DNA of 64,000 nt, from IMG/VR virus record IMGVR_UViG_3300044858_003284; one strand, written 5' to 3'. Position numbers and translations under genes: made by a program. Position 1 is the stretch's first letter. Each line of letters begins with the position of its first letter. Shown here piece by piece: positions 55,140 through 64,000 of this stretch. The DNA is from a virus. The notes under the pieces are model-generated. The model saw only the letters and a program-made list of their open reading frames with translations, searched no databases and was not told the DNA's origin.

Positions 55140-56245
55140 TATTGACTAGAGACCAAGCACTTCATTGTGCTGGTGTATTTAAAGACTACTTCAGTAATCT
55201 AGGAAGTACCGAAGAATACATGCGTGATGAGAAACTAAAAGATATTGATAATCGACCATTTTCATTGTTTCCAATTGAAGATGATTTGTTCTCCGATTTC
55301 TCAATGCACCCAAACGATATGGATATTGAAGTATGTGAAATACCAAATGAAACATGGGAATCATTACTTGCCATTACCTCATCTCACATCAACAAAGCAC
55401 CAGTTGGTAAGAATATACAATTGGCAGTCAGAGAACGGAACTCAGGAAAGATTCTAGGTTTCATTCGTTTAGGTTCACCAGTGATCTATATGAAACCAAG
55501 AAATGAACTCTTGGGGCAAGTTTGGATTCAAAACGAGAACACCGCCAAGCGGTTTAATACTGCTTGTGTGATGGGTTTCGTAATTGTACCATCTCAACCA
55601 TTTGGTTTTAACTATTTGGGTGGTAAGTTATTATCTGCCATTTGTACCAGTCATACCGTAAGAGAAATGTGTAATAAAAAATATGACATGAATGTGTGCC
55701 TATTTGAAACTACCAGTTTGTATGGTAGCACAAAAACGGTATCACAATATGATGGCATGAAACCATATATTCGTTTTAGGGGATTGACCGAATCGGATAT
55801 CGTACCTATGATGCACGGACAAAGATATCAAGATTTGAAAAACTATGTCGAGAATATCACTGGTGATTTACTCGGTGGTGACACATCTACAACCAGTAGA
55901 AAGTTGAGAACATTTACCAAGATTATTGCTCTCACAAAAGCTGCATTGAAAGGTAGTTCCGAAGGTAAAGAGTTTGTAGAGACCATCGATAATGCCAAGA
56001 AATTAACAGAGAAGAAAAGATACTATACATCCGATTATGGTTTTAAAAATTCAATCGATTACATGAATTGTAAGACCGATAAACTTTTACCAGGTGAAAA
56101 TTACGAGAAACATGAACTACAAAATGTGATTGAATGGTGGCGTGGAAAAGCTATAAATAGATATGAAACCCTTAAAGCTGAGGGTAGATTACGAACAGAA
56201 CTTGAAGTATGGACTTCAGGAAAAGACATTCAAATTATTAGATAA
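55136..56245 (+). CDS. DUF4338/DruA-like protein (copy 2), probable GNAT/Mom-like fold
   Basis: GKNIQLAVRE...ILGFIRLGS, IVPSQPFGFNYLGGKLL, ETTSLYG...SQYDGM; coupled to gp41. Confidence 0.65.
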   Translation: MILTRDQALHCAGVFKDYFSNLGSTEEYMRDEKLKDIDNRPFSLFPIEDDLFSDFSMHPNDMDIEVCEIPNETWESLLAITSSHINKAPVGKNIQLAVRERNSGKILGFIRLGSPVIYMKPRNELLGQVWIQNENTAKRFNTACVMGFVIVPSQPFGFNYLGGKLLSAICTSHTVREMCNKKYDMNVCLFETTSLYGSTKTVSQYDGMKPYIRFRGLTESDIVPMMHGQRYQDLKNYVENITGDLLGGDTSTTSRKLRTFTKIIALTKAALKGSSEGKEFVETIDNAKKLTEKKRYYTSDYGFKNSIDYMNCKTDKLLPGENYEKHELQNVIEWWRGKAINRYETLKAEGRLRTELEVWTSGKDIQIIR

Positions 56246-56247
56246 AG

Positions 56248-57588
56248 ATGGCAAATTCAACCGATTTAGCAGAATCATCTCAAGCACTTTTCTGTGCTTT
56301 AGCTGATTTTGTTGGAGTTAACACAATTAAAGGAAAATTTAAGAATAATCCTAAAAGCAACATTATTAATAATGTGTTTGATATAGACAACGAAGAAAAT
56401 AATACTTATCAAAAATTTGCATACAATTGGTCCAAAAAATATCCAAGAACAACTATTAAAAGCTTGTTTGATAAGTATGTGGAATCAGGAGAAGCTTCTT
56501 TTACTCAGATAGAAAAATTTTTAAAAGGTTCTGGAGATAAAGATAAAACATCAATTGGATGGTTTAAATCATCAATTTTAATTGGTAAATACTTAGTTTT
56601 AAAAATCAATACGATAAGTTCTCGATTTCAATATATTCAAAGTGGTGGAATCTCAGCCACTCAAGTATTTTATGCACATAAAGATAATAGAATTATGAAC
56701 AACATTCAAATTTTATTCTCTGAAGCAAATAAAAATCAAAAAGAATTGAGAGATAAAATATCTAGAGGTTCAGCTCAAATACCTTTTGGAAATTTAAATA
56801 AATGGAGTCCAGCTGATATTTACTTGGCATCCAAAACAGCCGAAAAACTAATTGAAAATAAAGTTGCTAATAAAAAAGGATTAACATTTTCTGGTTCAGA
56901 TGGATTAAATAATTTTATAAGTAATTTAATTAAAGAGGGTCAACTATTACCATTATCTTTGAAAAAAACTACAAGGACGGTAAAATTAGAAAAAGTTAAT
57001 TTTACTAGATCAACCGAAGAAGCAATAATTAATAAAGTTGTTTTTGGAGGCATAAAAGATTGGAGACCATACAATGCATCCGAAATAAAGCCTGCCGCAA
57101 GAGATTTAAAAGTTTTCTTATCATCCGATAAGTCAGATTATGTATTTTTTAGACATGATCCATCCGGAAATTCTGGAGGAGCATTTAGAGGCGAAATACA
57201 AATTAAAGGTGCTGAAGCTAAAGCTGGAGGTTTAGGAACAGGACAAATTGAAACAATATTAAACCTTTGTGATCCAAAAAGAGGAAGATTTGGAACTTTA
57301 TTTAAAAATAAATTAGATAGAGCAACTACCAATTTTAAAAATCAAAAAGTACCAATTAGAAAAAAATATGAAGAAGATGGTGCACCATCAAAAGGTCCTA
57401 TAAGAGAAGAATATGATAAACAAGTTGGCCAACTTAGTGCTGAATTGGTTACGAATGTAATTATGCCATATTTAATTAAGTTTCTTTCTAATGATGAACG
57501 TGCAGCCGCTTTTACTAGATGGGTATTTGCGTATGCCACATCTCGCCAAAAGAATTCTTCTAAATTTGTCATAGCAAAAGGAACTTAA
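56248..57588 (+). CDS. Putative PD-(D/E)XK endonuclease-like protein
   Basis: AESSQA, KWSPADIYL ... LPLSLKK; TATAAATA at 56152-56159 upstream. Confidence 0.55.
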   Translation: MANSTDLAESSQALFCALADFVGVNTIKGKFKNNPKSNIINNVFDIDNEENNTYQKFAYNWSKKYPRTTIKSLFDKYVESGEASFTQIEKFLKGSGDKDKTSIGWFKSSILIGKYLVLKINTISSRFQYIQSGGISATQVFYAHKDNRIMNNIQILFSEANKNQKELRDKISRGSAQIPFGNLNKWSPADIYLASKTAEKLIENKVANKKGLTFSGSDGLNNFISNLIKEGQLLPLSLKKTTRTVKLEKVNFTRSTEEAIINKVVFGGIKDWRPYNASEIKPAARDLKVFLSSDKSDYVFFRHDPSGNSGGAFRGEIQIKGAEAKAGGLGTGQIETILNLCDPKRGRFGTLFKNKLDRATTNFKNQKVPIRKKYEEDGAPSKGPIREEYDKQVGQLSAELVTNVIMPYLIKFLSNDERAAAFTRWVFAYATSRQKNSSKFVIAKGT

Positions 57589-57589
57589 A

Positions 57590-58063
57590 ATGACACTAGA
57601 CGATATAGAAAACGCAATCTATCAAGGTCACAAAGGTTTTGACCAAGTATTCGACCTGATCGAAAGATATAAAACAAACAAGAAACATTATCTCAATGAT
57701 GGCAAACTAATCGCCATTAACCAGAGAATCAATGGCATAAAAAGAAAATTGGAAACCATACCAATACAGTTTATAAACAAAATATCTGTAACACTTAAAT
57801 ATAGAAACTACATCAAGTCTGTTGTACCAGTAGGAAAAATAGATAGTGTTACAACTGCAGCAACAAAGGTGGTTGAGATAGCAACAGAAGATGCCAATAA
57901 AAAAATAATAAGTGCTAAAGAACCAGCCACTAAGAGAAATAGGCAATACGAAAAAACAGAAATAACAAAGTTTTTTTATCAGAATCATAATTCAATTGTT
58001 GCCTTGTTTGAATTATATAATATGTTACATGATGTAAAAGAAGTGATTAATAATAAGGAATAA
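57590..58063 (+). CDS. Hypothetical protein
   Basis: 157 aa ORF with AAGGA RBS. Confidence 0.6.
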   Translation: MTLDDIENAIYQGHKGFDQVFDLIERYKTNKKHYLNDGKLIAINQRINGIKRKLETIPIQFINKISVTLKYRNYIKSVVPVGKIDSVTTAATKVVEIATEDANKKIISAKEPATKRNRQYEKTEITKFFYQNHNSIVALFELYNMLHDVKEVINNKE

Positions 58064-58064
58064 T

Positions 58065-58346
58065 ATGGCTCTCGTTGATTTTGATAAGATTTTACAAGAA
58101 TACACCGAAGATGATGATGACTTTGGTTTTTCTGCTGTATCAGAAGAAGAATACAATTCTGTTATAAACAAAACTGCCGAAACAGCTGATGATTATAAAT
58201 TGAGATTGGCTGAAGTAGAAAAGATGATCATTCCTTTCCTTAAAAAATTACATTCGACCGGAGAGAAAGAATACATATATTGGCCAAATCGTAAACCAAT
58301 TATAGAGAAACAAATAGAGAGAATACTGAAACTAACAAGAGATTAA
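58065..58346 (+). CDS. Hypothetical protein
   Basis: DDFGFSAV, IIPFLKKL, YIYWPNR; AAGGA RBS. Confidence 0.7.
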   Translation: MALVDFDKILQEYTEDDDDFGFSAVSEEEYNSVINKTAETADDYKLRLAEVEKMIIPFLKKLHSTGEKEYIYWPNRKPIIEKQIERILKLTRD

Positions 58347-58348
58347 TT

Positions 58349-59062
58349 ATGTCTGCTACTGTGATTATACCAACTACTGGTTCGCCAGAAGTGAAAACTG
58401 CCGTTGAATCTGTCCTAAATCAAAGTCATCCTACAGAGTGTTATGTTGTGATTGATGGTGATGGATATATGGACAAAACCCTTGAAGTATTGGATTCAAC
58501 TGTTCATGATGAACGAGTTCACATTTGTTCTTTACCAATCAATGTCGGTGCCAATGGTTTTTATGGCCACCGTGTCTATGCAGCCTTCACGCACCTAATC
58601 AATACAGAATACGTTGGTTATCTCGACCAAGATAATTGGTTATATCGGTCTCATGTCGAACAATGTATTAAGACAATCAATACAAGAGGCCTGGATTGGT
58701 GTTACTCTCTCCGTCAAGTATATAATAAAGAAGGTAAGTTTGTTTGTTTTGACGATTGTGAATCACTTGGCATCTGGCCAACTTATCACGGAGTTCATCA
58801 CATAGATACTAATTGTTACTTCATCAAAACACAAGTAGCAAACAAGATTGCATCTGTTTGGCATGGTGGTTGGGGACAAGATCGAGTTTTTCTACAGGCT
58901 ATCACTCATCATTTTCCTAAGTTTCACTGCACAAGTGAATACACAACCTGTTATCGAGTAGATGGTGGTAAAGGTTCTGTAACAGCAGAATTCTTTGAAA
59001 ATGGTAATAAAGTAATGAATGAAAAATATAATGGAGAATACCCATGGCGGAAAAAAGCTTAG
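58349..59062 (+). CDS. Glycosyltransferase family 2
   Basis: TVIIPT...AVESVLNQ...VVIDG; YLDQDN (DxD). Confidence 0.88.
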   Translation: MSATVIIPTTGSPEVKTAVESVLNQSHPTECYVVIDGDGYMDKTLEVLDSTVHDERVHICSLPINVGANGFYGHRVYAAFTHLINTEYVGYLDQDNWLYRSHVEQCIKTINTRGLDWCYSLRQVYNKEGKFVCFDDCESLGIWPTYHGVHHIDTNCYFIKTQVANKIASVWHGGWGQDRVFLQAITHHFPKFHCTSEYTTCYRVDGGKGSVTAEFFENGNKVMNEKYNGEYPWRKKA

Positions 59063-59895
59063 TAATTGGTGCTATAACCAACTATGATTTCGATAAGGTT
59101 GCACCTTGGGTAAAATCAATTAATGAAACGGGTTTTGTTGGTGACAAGATAATGATCGTTTTTAATTCTACATTAGAAACGGTAGAAAAACTAGTTCAAC
59201 ACGATTTTAAAGTTGTTGTTGTTGGACAAGAAGATAAAGAAAACAAACGATTCGTCCACCAATCACATCTACCAATTCATGTTGAAAGGTTCTTTCACAT
59301 CTACAATATTCTAAAAGATAATTGGGAATTTTATGATTATGTTATTACTACGGATGTTAAAGACATTATCTTTCAAAGCAATCCCGTAGATTGGTTAAAA
59401 GAAAATCTAAATGGTAAAAAATTAGTCGCTGGTTCAGAAGCAATTCAATACATGCACGAACCTTGGGGCAATCAAAATTTAATGGAAACTTATGGCCAGT
59501 ATTTTCACAATGAATTTAAAGACTGTGAAATCTATAATGTTGGTACCTTAGGTGGTGAATCTGAATACATGAAAGATTTGTGTTTGAATATATTCTTATC
59601 TGCCGTTAATCGTCCTATTCCTATAGTAGATCAGGCTGTTTTCAATGTGTTGATACAAACTTTACCTTTCAGAGATGTCATTCAATTTGCAAGACAACGT
59701 GATGGTTGGGCTTGTCAAGCAGGCACAACAGTTGATCCATCTAAGATCGAATCGTTTAGACCACACTTATTGGAAGAAGAACCAGACTTTATTGATGGTT
59801 ATGTTTACACATCTACAGGAAAGAAATTCTGTATTGTTCACCAATACGATAGAGTTCCTGAATGGAGAAAAATTATAGAAGCGAGATACAAATGA
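59044..59895 (+). CDS. GT-A fold glycosyltransferase-like protein
   Basis: TTDVKDIIFQ, NVG, DQAVFN, IVHQYDR. Confidence 0.7.
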   Translation: MAEKSLVIGAITNYDFDKVAPWVKSINETGFVGDKIMIVFNSTLETVEKLVQHDFKVVVVGQEDKENKRFVHQSHLPIHVERFFHIYNILKDNWEFYDYVITTDVKDIIFQSNPVDWLKENLNGKKLVAGSEAIQYMHEPWGNQNLMETYGQYFHNEFKDCEIYNVGTLGGESEYMKDLCLNIFLSAVNRPIPIVDQAVFNVLIQTLPFRDVIQFARQRDGWACQAGTTVDPSKIESFRPHLLEEEPDFIDGYVYTSTGKKFCIVHQYDRVPEWRKIIEARYK

Positions 59896-60893
59896 AAATT
59901 TTTATAACAGGATTAGCAGGATTCTTAGGCAGTCATTTGGCTGATCGAATGATTGAACTTGGCCATGAAGTCATTGGTAACGATACCTTAATTGGTGGTT
60001 ATGTTGATAATGTACCAGAAAAAGCCAAGTTATATATTGTTGATTGTTGTAATGTTGAACATATGGCACAAATCATGAAAGGATGTGATGTTGTAATTCA
60101 TACAGCTGCAACAGCACATGAAGGCCTTTCGGTTTTCAGTCCAAGCTTCATCACACGAAATATCTTTGAAGCATCTGTTGCAACAATATCAGCTGCAGTT
60201 CAAAACAAAGTAAAACGATTTGTATATTGCACATCGATGGCACGATATGGTGAACAACAAACACCATTCACTGAAGATATGAAACCACAACCAGTTGATC
60301 CATACGGTATTGCAAAAGTTGCTGGTGAAGAAGTATTAAAAGTGTTATGTGATACTCATTACATGCAATGGAATATTGCAGTACCACATAATATTGTAGG
60401 ACCAAGACAACGATATGATGATCCTTTCCGTAACGTGATGAGTATCATGATTAATCGTAATCTACAAGGAAAACCTGCTATCATTTATGGTGATGGTTTG
60501 CAAACAAGATGTTTCTCTTATGTTGATGATTGTATTTCTTGTTTAGAAAAGATGGCACTTGATCCCAATCTGGTACATCAGATAATTAATATTGGACCAG
60601 ATGAAGGAACAATTACAGTTAAAGATATGTCGAAGATGGTTGCAGAAGAATGTGGTTTTGAAGGTGAACCAATTCATATGCCTGATCGACCAAGAGAAGT
60701 TAAGCACGCCTCTTGTTCTGCTGATAAAGCAAGGCGATTGTTGAATTATGAAACGAAAACTGACCTAAGAACAGCAATAAAAGAAACGGTACAATACATC
60801 AAAGAAAAAGGACCAAAAGAGTTTGATTATTCTTATCCTTTAGAAATCATTTCAGATAAAACTCCTGCCACATGGAAAGATAGGTTGATGTAA
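59892..60893 (+). CDS. NAD-dependent epimerase/dehydratase
   Basis: ITGLAGFLGSH, YGIAK, GDGLQTRCFSYVDD. Confidence 0.93.
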   Translation: MKIFITGLAGFLGSHLADRMIELGHEVIGNDTLIGGYVDNVPEKAKLYIVDCCNVEHMAQIMKGCDVVIHTAATAHEGLSVFSPSFITRNIFEASVATISAAVQNKVKRFVYCTSMARYGEQQTPFTEDMKPQPVDPYGIAKVAGEEVLKVLCDTHYMQWNIAVPHNIVGPRQRYDDPFRNVMSIMINRNLQGKPAIIYGDGLQTRCFSYVDDCISCLEKMALDPNLVHQIINIGPDEGTITVKDMSKMVAEECGFEGEPIHMPDRPREVKHASCSADKARRLLNYETKTDLRTAIKETVQYIKEKGPKEFDYSYPLEIISDKTPATWKDRLM

Positions 60894-61615
60894 TGGCCAC
60901 AATCGGTTTCTTTAACTGTGTTTCAACACAACCAAAAGCTACAGAACATTCTGTTCAATCGATTCGTAAGTTTCATCCGAATAGTTTCTTTATGATTGCT
61001 TGTGATGGTGGTCCAGATTATTATACATTATGTAAAGAGTATAATATCGAATACTACCATTCACAAAAGAATCTGAGTTATCCTGTTCAACCTTATGGAT
61101 ACAGAAAAGAAAAGATACTAGAATGGTTGAGTAGGTTTTATATCGCTTGCATTAAAACGGATACAACACATCTGATGATGGTTGAAGATGATGTGGTATT
61201 GGTTAAGCCAGTAACCGTTGAAGATGATTGGGAAGTTGCTGGACATCCAACAACACACGCAAATCTATTTCATCCAGAATTTACAAAGATGATACATGAA
61301 TTTTCTGGAGTTTATCCTGATGTTCAAGGTTATGGTGCTGGCGGCGGTTCAATTTTTAAAGTAAAAACATTCATAGACAATTACTTCAAAGTTGTAGAAT
61401 TCATTGATAAAAATGCTGACTACATACAAGATAACTTTTATCCTACGATGGGTTGGATGGACTGTTATATGACTTACTACTATTTGTTATGTGGCAAAAA
61501 ATATACAAACAATCCTTATTTGTTTAATATTTGGCCAACTGATAAAAATTATGATATTAACAATGTGCCTTCTGAAATGGAAATAGTTCACAACTATAAA
61601 AATTATTATGTATGA
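60893..61615 (+). CDS. Glycosyltransferase-like protein
   Basis: IACDGG, MMVEDDV, GAGGGSIF, WMD. Confidence 0.6.
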   Translation: MATIGFFNCVSTQPKATEHSVQSIRKFHPNSFFMIACDGGPDYYTLCKEYNIEYYHSQKNLSYPVQPYGYRKEKILEWLSRFYIACIKTDTTHLMMVEDDVVLVKPVTVEDDWEVAGHPTTHANLFHPEFTKMIHEFSGVYPDVQGYGAGGGSIFKVKTFIDNYFKVVEFIDKNADYIQDNFYPTMGWMDCYMTYYYLLCGKKYTNNPYLFNIWPTDKNYDINNVPSEMEIVHNYKNYYV

Positions 61616-62243
61616 AAATTATAAGGTAGTATCGCCTGGACATCTATTTCAAATTAGAACTGGTCCTGGTCCTGACTATAGTGAAACATATTCTAAAACG
61701 AGATATGATCTTTATCCAACAACGGATAAAATGTCACAATTAAGATATTCTATAATCGAATCAAATATTGGTCGTGTCAAATCGATCTGTGATTTTGGTT
61801 ATGGCAACGGAAGTTTTTTGAAATATTGTTACATAGAAGGCACTAAGGCTTATGGTTATGATATATCAAATTATCAATTACCTTCTTATATCACAAAAGT
61901 GGACAATCCTGATGAGGTTGAGGTTGATGTAATGACATTCTTTGATTCTTTGGAACATTTGGATGTTGAAGATTTGACACCAATACTCAAAGCAAAAAAA
62001 GCAAAATACTTTGTTATCTCTGTTCCTTGGTATCACGAATCATGTGGTAAGGAATGGTTCATGAATTGGAAACACCGTAGAGAAAATGAACATTTCCACC
62101 ATTTTGATTGTAACGGTTTGACAAAATTACTGATTGATGCTGGTTGTAAAATAATTCATGTTTGTAATGATGAAGATAAAATAAGAACACCATTTAGTGA
62201 TTTACCCAACATATTGACAATAGTGGCGAAAAAGAATGATTGA
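61608..62243 (+). CDS. Class I SAM-dependent methyltransferase
   Basis: ICDFGYGNG, GYDIS, FFDSLEH. Confidence 0.85.
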   Translation: MYENYKVVSPGHLFQIRTGPGPDYSETYSKTRYDLYPTTDKMSQLRYSIIESNIGRVKSICDFGYGNGSFLKYCYIEGTKAYGYDISNYQLPSYITKVDNPDEVEVDVMTFFDSLEHLDVEDLTPILKAKKAKYFVISVPWYHESCGKEWFMNWKHRRENEHFHHFDCNGLTKLLIDAGCKIIHVCNDEDKIRTPFSDLPNILTIVAKKND

Positions 62244-62859
62244 AAATTATGAGATGATTGAACCAGGCCACTGGTTTCAAAAAAATCAAACTGGTGAAAT
62301 TATGAAGTATGATACTCGCTATATGGAATATTATACTAAGATGAATCTTGCCATGTCTAAGTTAAGATTTGATTTATTAGACAAATATACTAGTTTCGAT
62401 TCTATCTGTGACTTTGGTTATGGTGACGGCAAATTCTTAGAATATTGCCACCAACAAAAAGTTTCTAAATGCTATGGCCATGACATTTCAAATTTTCCAC
62501 TACCACAAGGTGTTGAATTTGTACCTGATGTTACCAAACAAAGTTTTGATGTGGTAACATTCTTTGATTCGATTGAACATATACCACAACCAAACATACA
62601 CGAACTGTTGGCCTCTTTACAAACCAAATATATTATGATATCATTACCATGGATGCACGAAAACATGGGTGCTGAATGGTTTAGAACGTGGAAACACAGA
62701 AAAGAAAATGAACACTTTCACCACTTTGATGTTCATGGTCTAATTAAATTGGCACATAAAGCAGGATACACACCTATACATATTTGTAATCATGAAGATG
62801 AAATTCGTAAATCAGTTTCCAATCTTCCCAATATATTAACTATGATTGCTAAAAAATGA
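62236..62859 (+). CDS. Class I SAM-dependent methyltransferase (tandem paralogue)
   Basis: ICDFGYGDG, GHDIS, FFDSIEH. Confidence 0.85.
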   Translation: MIENYEMIEPGHWFQKNQTGEIMKYDTRYMEYYTKMNLAMSKLRFDLLDKYTSFDSICDFGYGDGKFLEYCHQQKVSKCYGHDISNFPLPQGVEFVPDVTKQSFDVVTFFDSIEHIPQPNIHELLASLQTKYIMISLPWMHENMGAEWFRTWKHRKENEHFHHFDVHGLIKLAHKAGYTPIHICNHEDEIRKSVSNLPNILTMIAKK

Positions 62860-63644
62860 ATGATATTACAATTGTAACCGCCTTCTTTGATATTGGTCGT
62901 GGTGATTGGACACCAGACAAAGGATTGCCACATTATCTACAAAGAACAACTCAAACTTATTTGGAAAGATTCAGTCATCTAGCTAAACTAGAAAACGATA
63001 TGGTGGTGTATACCTCTAAAGATATGGTTAAAGAGATTGAGTTTCTAAGACAAGATCGACCAACACAAATATTGACAGTCGATTTCCAAAAAAGCTTTAT
63101 TGAGTTAAGACAAAAAATTACAGATGTTCAGAAAAGTCCTGAGTATCAGAGTAAAATAAATCCCATGCAAGTAAAAAATCCAGAATACTGGAATGCTGAC
63201 TACGTTCTCGTCAATGCTTTAAAATCATCTTTTGTTAATAGGTCTTTAGACCTCATCAAAACTGATTTGATTGCTTGGTTAGACTTTGGTTATTGTAGAA
63301 GTGAAGAAACATTAAATGGTGTTAAGAAGTGGAAGTATTCTTTTGATAAGAATAAAATACACTTCTTTAATATCAAAGAATGGAAAGAAGGAACATACAT
63401 CCAAGACGTTATTGCAAATAATGATGTTCATATAACTGGACCGTGTATTGTTGCAGGCCGAGAGATGTGGCCAAAATTGGAAGCTATGGTTCATCATAGT
63501 GTTCATGAACTTCTAAAAAATAATTTAATTGATGACGACCAAACATTATTATTAATGTCTTACTTAATGAAACCAGAATTATTTGAATTGCATCCAGTTT
63601 CAAATTCAGATTGGTTTATTGCTTTTAAGGAATTTAGTGAATGA
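62856..63644 (+). CDS. HtrL/YibB (WlaTC)-family glycosyltransferase-like protein
   Basis: ITIVTAFFDIGRG.W, PEY, WLDFG, DDDQ. Confidence 0.8.
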   Translation: MNDITIVTAFFDIGRGDWTPDKGLPHYLQRTTQTYLERFSHLAKLENDMVVYTSKDMVKEIEFLRQDRPTQILTVDFQKSFIELRQKITDVQKSPEYQSKINPMQVKNPEYWNADYVLVNALKSSFVNRSLDLIKTDLIAWLDFGYCRSEETLNGVKKWKYSFDKNKIHFFNIKEWKEGTYIQDVIANNDVHITGPCIVAGREMWPKLEAMVHHSVHELLKNNLIDDDQTLLLMSYLMKPELFELHPVSNSDWFIAFKEFSE

Positions 63645-64000
63645 AAATATTCTTATCAGGAACATCTAACTTAGGTGATTTTCTAAATGGTATGCCAGTA
63701 TTGTCTGGTATACAGAAGTCTTATGGAAATATTGATTTGATTATACGACCAGAAATGGCCAAGTTTAAGGGTATCAAACAATTCTTAGCACATCAAGGTC
63801 TTTTCTCTGATGTCAATTTTGCAAATGAAGTTTTTGTTTATGGTAATATTACTCACATGAGTAGTTGGCCAATTCGTGAAGATAAGAATGATACAAACCG
63901 ACCAATAGAAACTTGTCGTTATGAAAACTTCATGAAAGATAATTATAAATTAAATTTTGAAGTTGATGATAGTTTTGAAATTCAAATTCCTGAAATGAAT
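63641..64000 (+). CDS. Glycosyltransferase-like protein, GT9/heptosyltransferase-like N-terminus (3' truncated)
   Basis: MKIFLSGTSNLGDFLNGMPVLSGIQKSYG; open to the window end. Confidence 0.55.
   Translation, partial: MKIFLSGTSNLGDFLNGMPVLSGIQKSYGNIDLIIRPEMAKFKGIKQFLAHQGLFSDVNFANEVFVYGNITHMSSWPIREDKNDTNRPIETCRYENFMKDNYKLNFEVDDSFEIQIPEMN

Overview
This window is a contiguous segment of a large, AT-rich T4-like (myovirus) phage genome in the standard genetic code. No CRISPR array, rRNA or integrase is visible. From left to right: (1) 1-12.2 kb holds accessory virion/fibre genes, including three RCC1-repeat proteins and two Gly-rich proteins, interleaved with neck genes gp13-15. (2) 12.2-23.7 kb holds the T4 core morphogenesis block gp16-17-18-19-20-67-68-21-22-23 and gp3. 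(3) 23.7-39 kb holds recombination, replication and transcription genes (uvsY, uvsW, gp55, gp47, gp46, gp45, gp44, gp62, regA) with auxiliary genes: heme oxygenase, peptide deformylase, Hsp20, a DUF4338/DruA-like protein and a dATP/dGTP diphosphohydrolase. (4) 39-48 kb is an accessory region with four tRNA or tRNA-like genes, dCMP deaminase, a J-domain protein, glyco genes, a fatty-acid desaturase and a minus-strand operon of secreted Cys-rich and membrane proteins. (5) 48-58 kb holds gp43, uvsX, gp41, a second DUF4338-like protein and a PD-(D/E)XK-like protein. (6) 58-64 kb is a glycan biosynthesis cluster. The leading hypothesis concerns a 70-nt tRNA-Gly-like RNA at 40833-40902 with its own sigma70 promoter. 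It keeps all glycyl-tRNA synthetase identity elements but has lost the translation hallmarks (GUGC instead of GUUC, no D-loop GG, G33, G8). It co-occurs with two paralogous DUF4338/DruA-like proteins whose motif order resembles Mom-like GNATs, suggesting a tRNA-dependent, non-ribosomal glycyl-transfer (possibly DNA-modifying) system. A ROSE-like RNA thermometer in front of hsp20 and several composite hairpin/promoter switches are also visible. All family calls are by motif recognition and synteny, without database searches.
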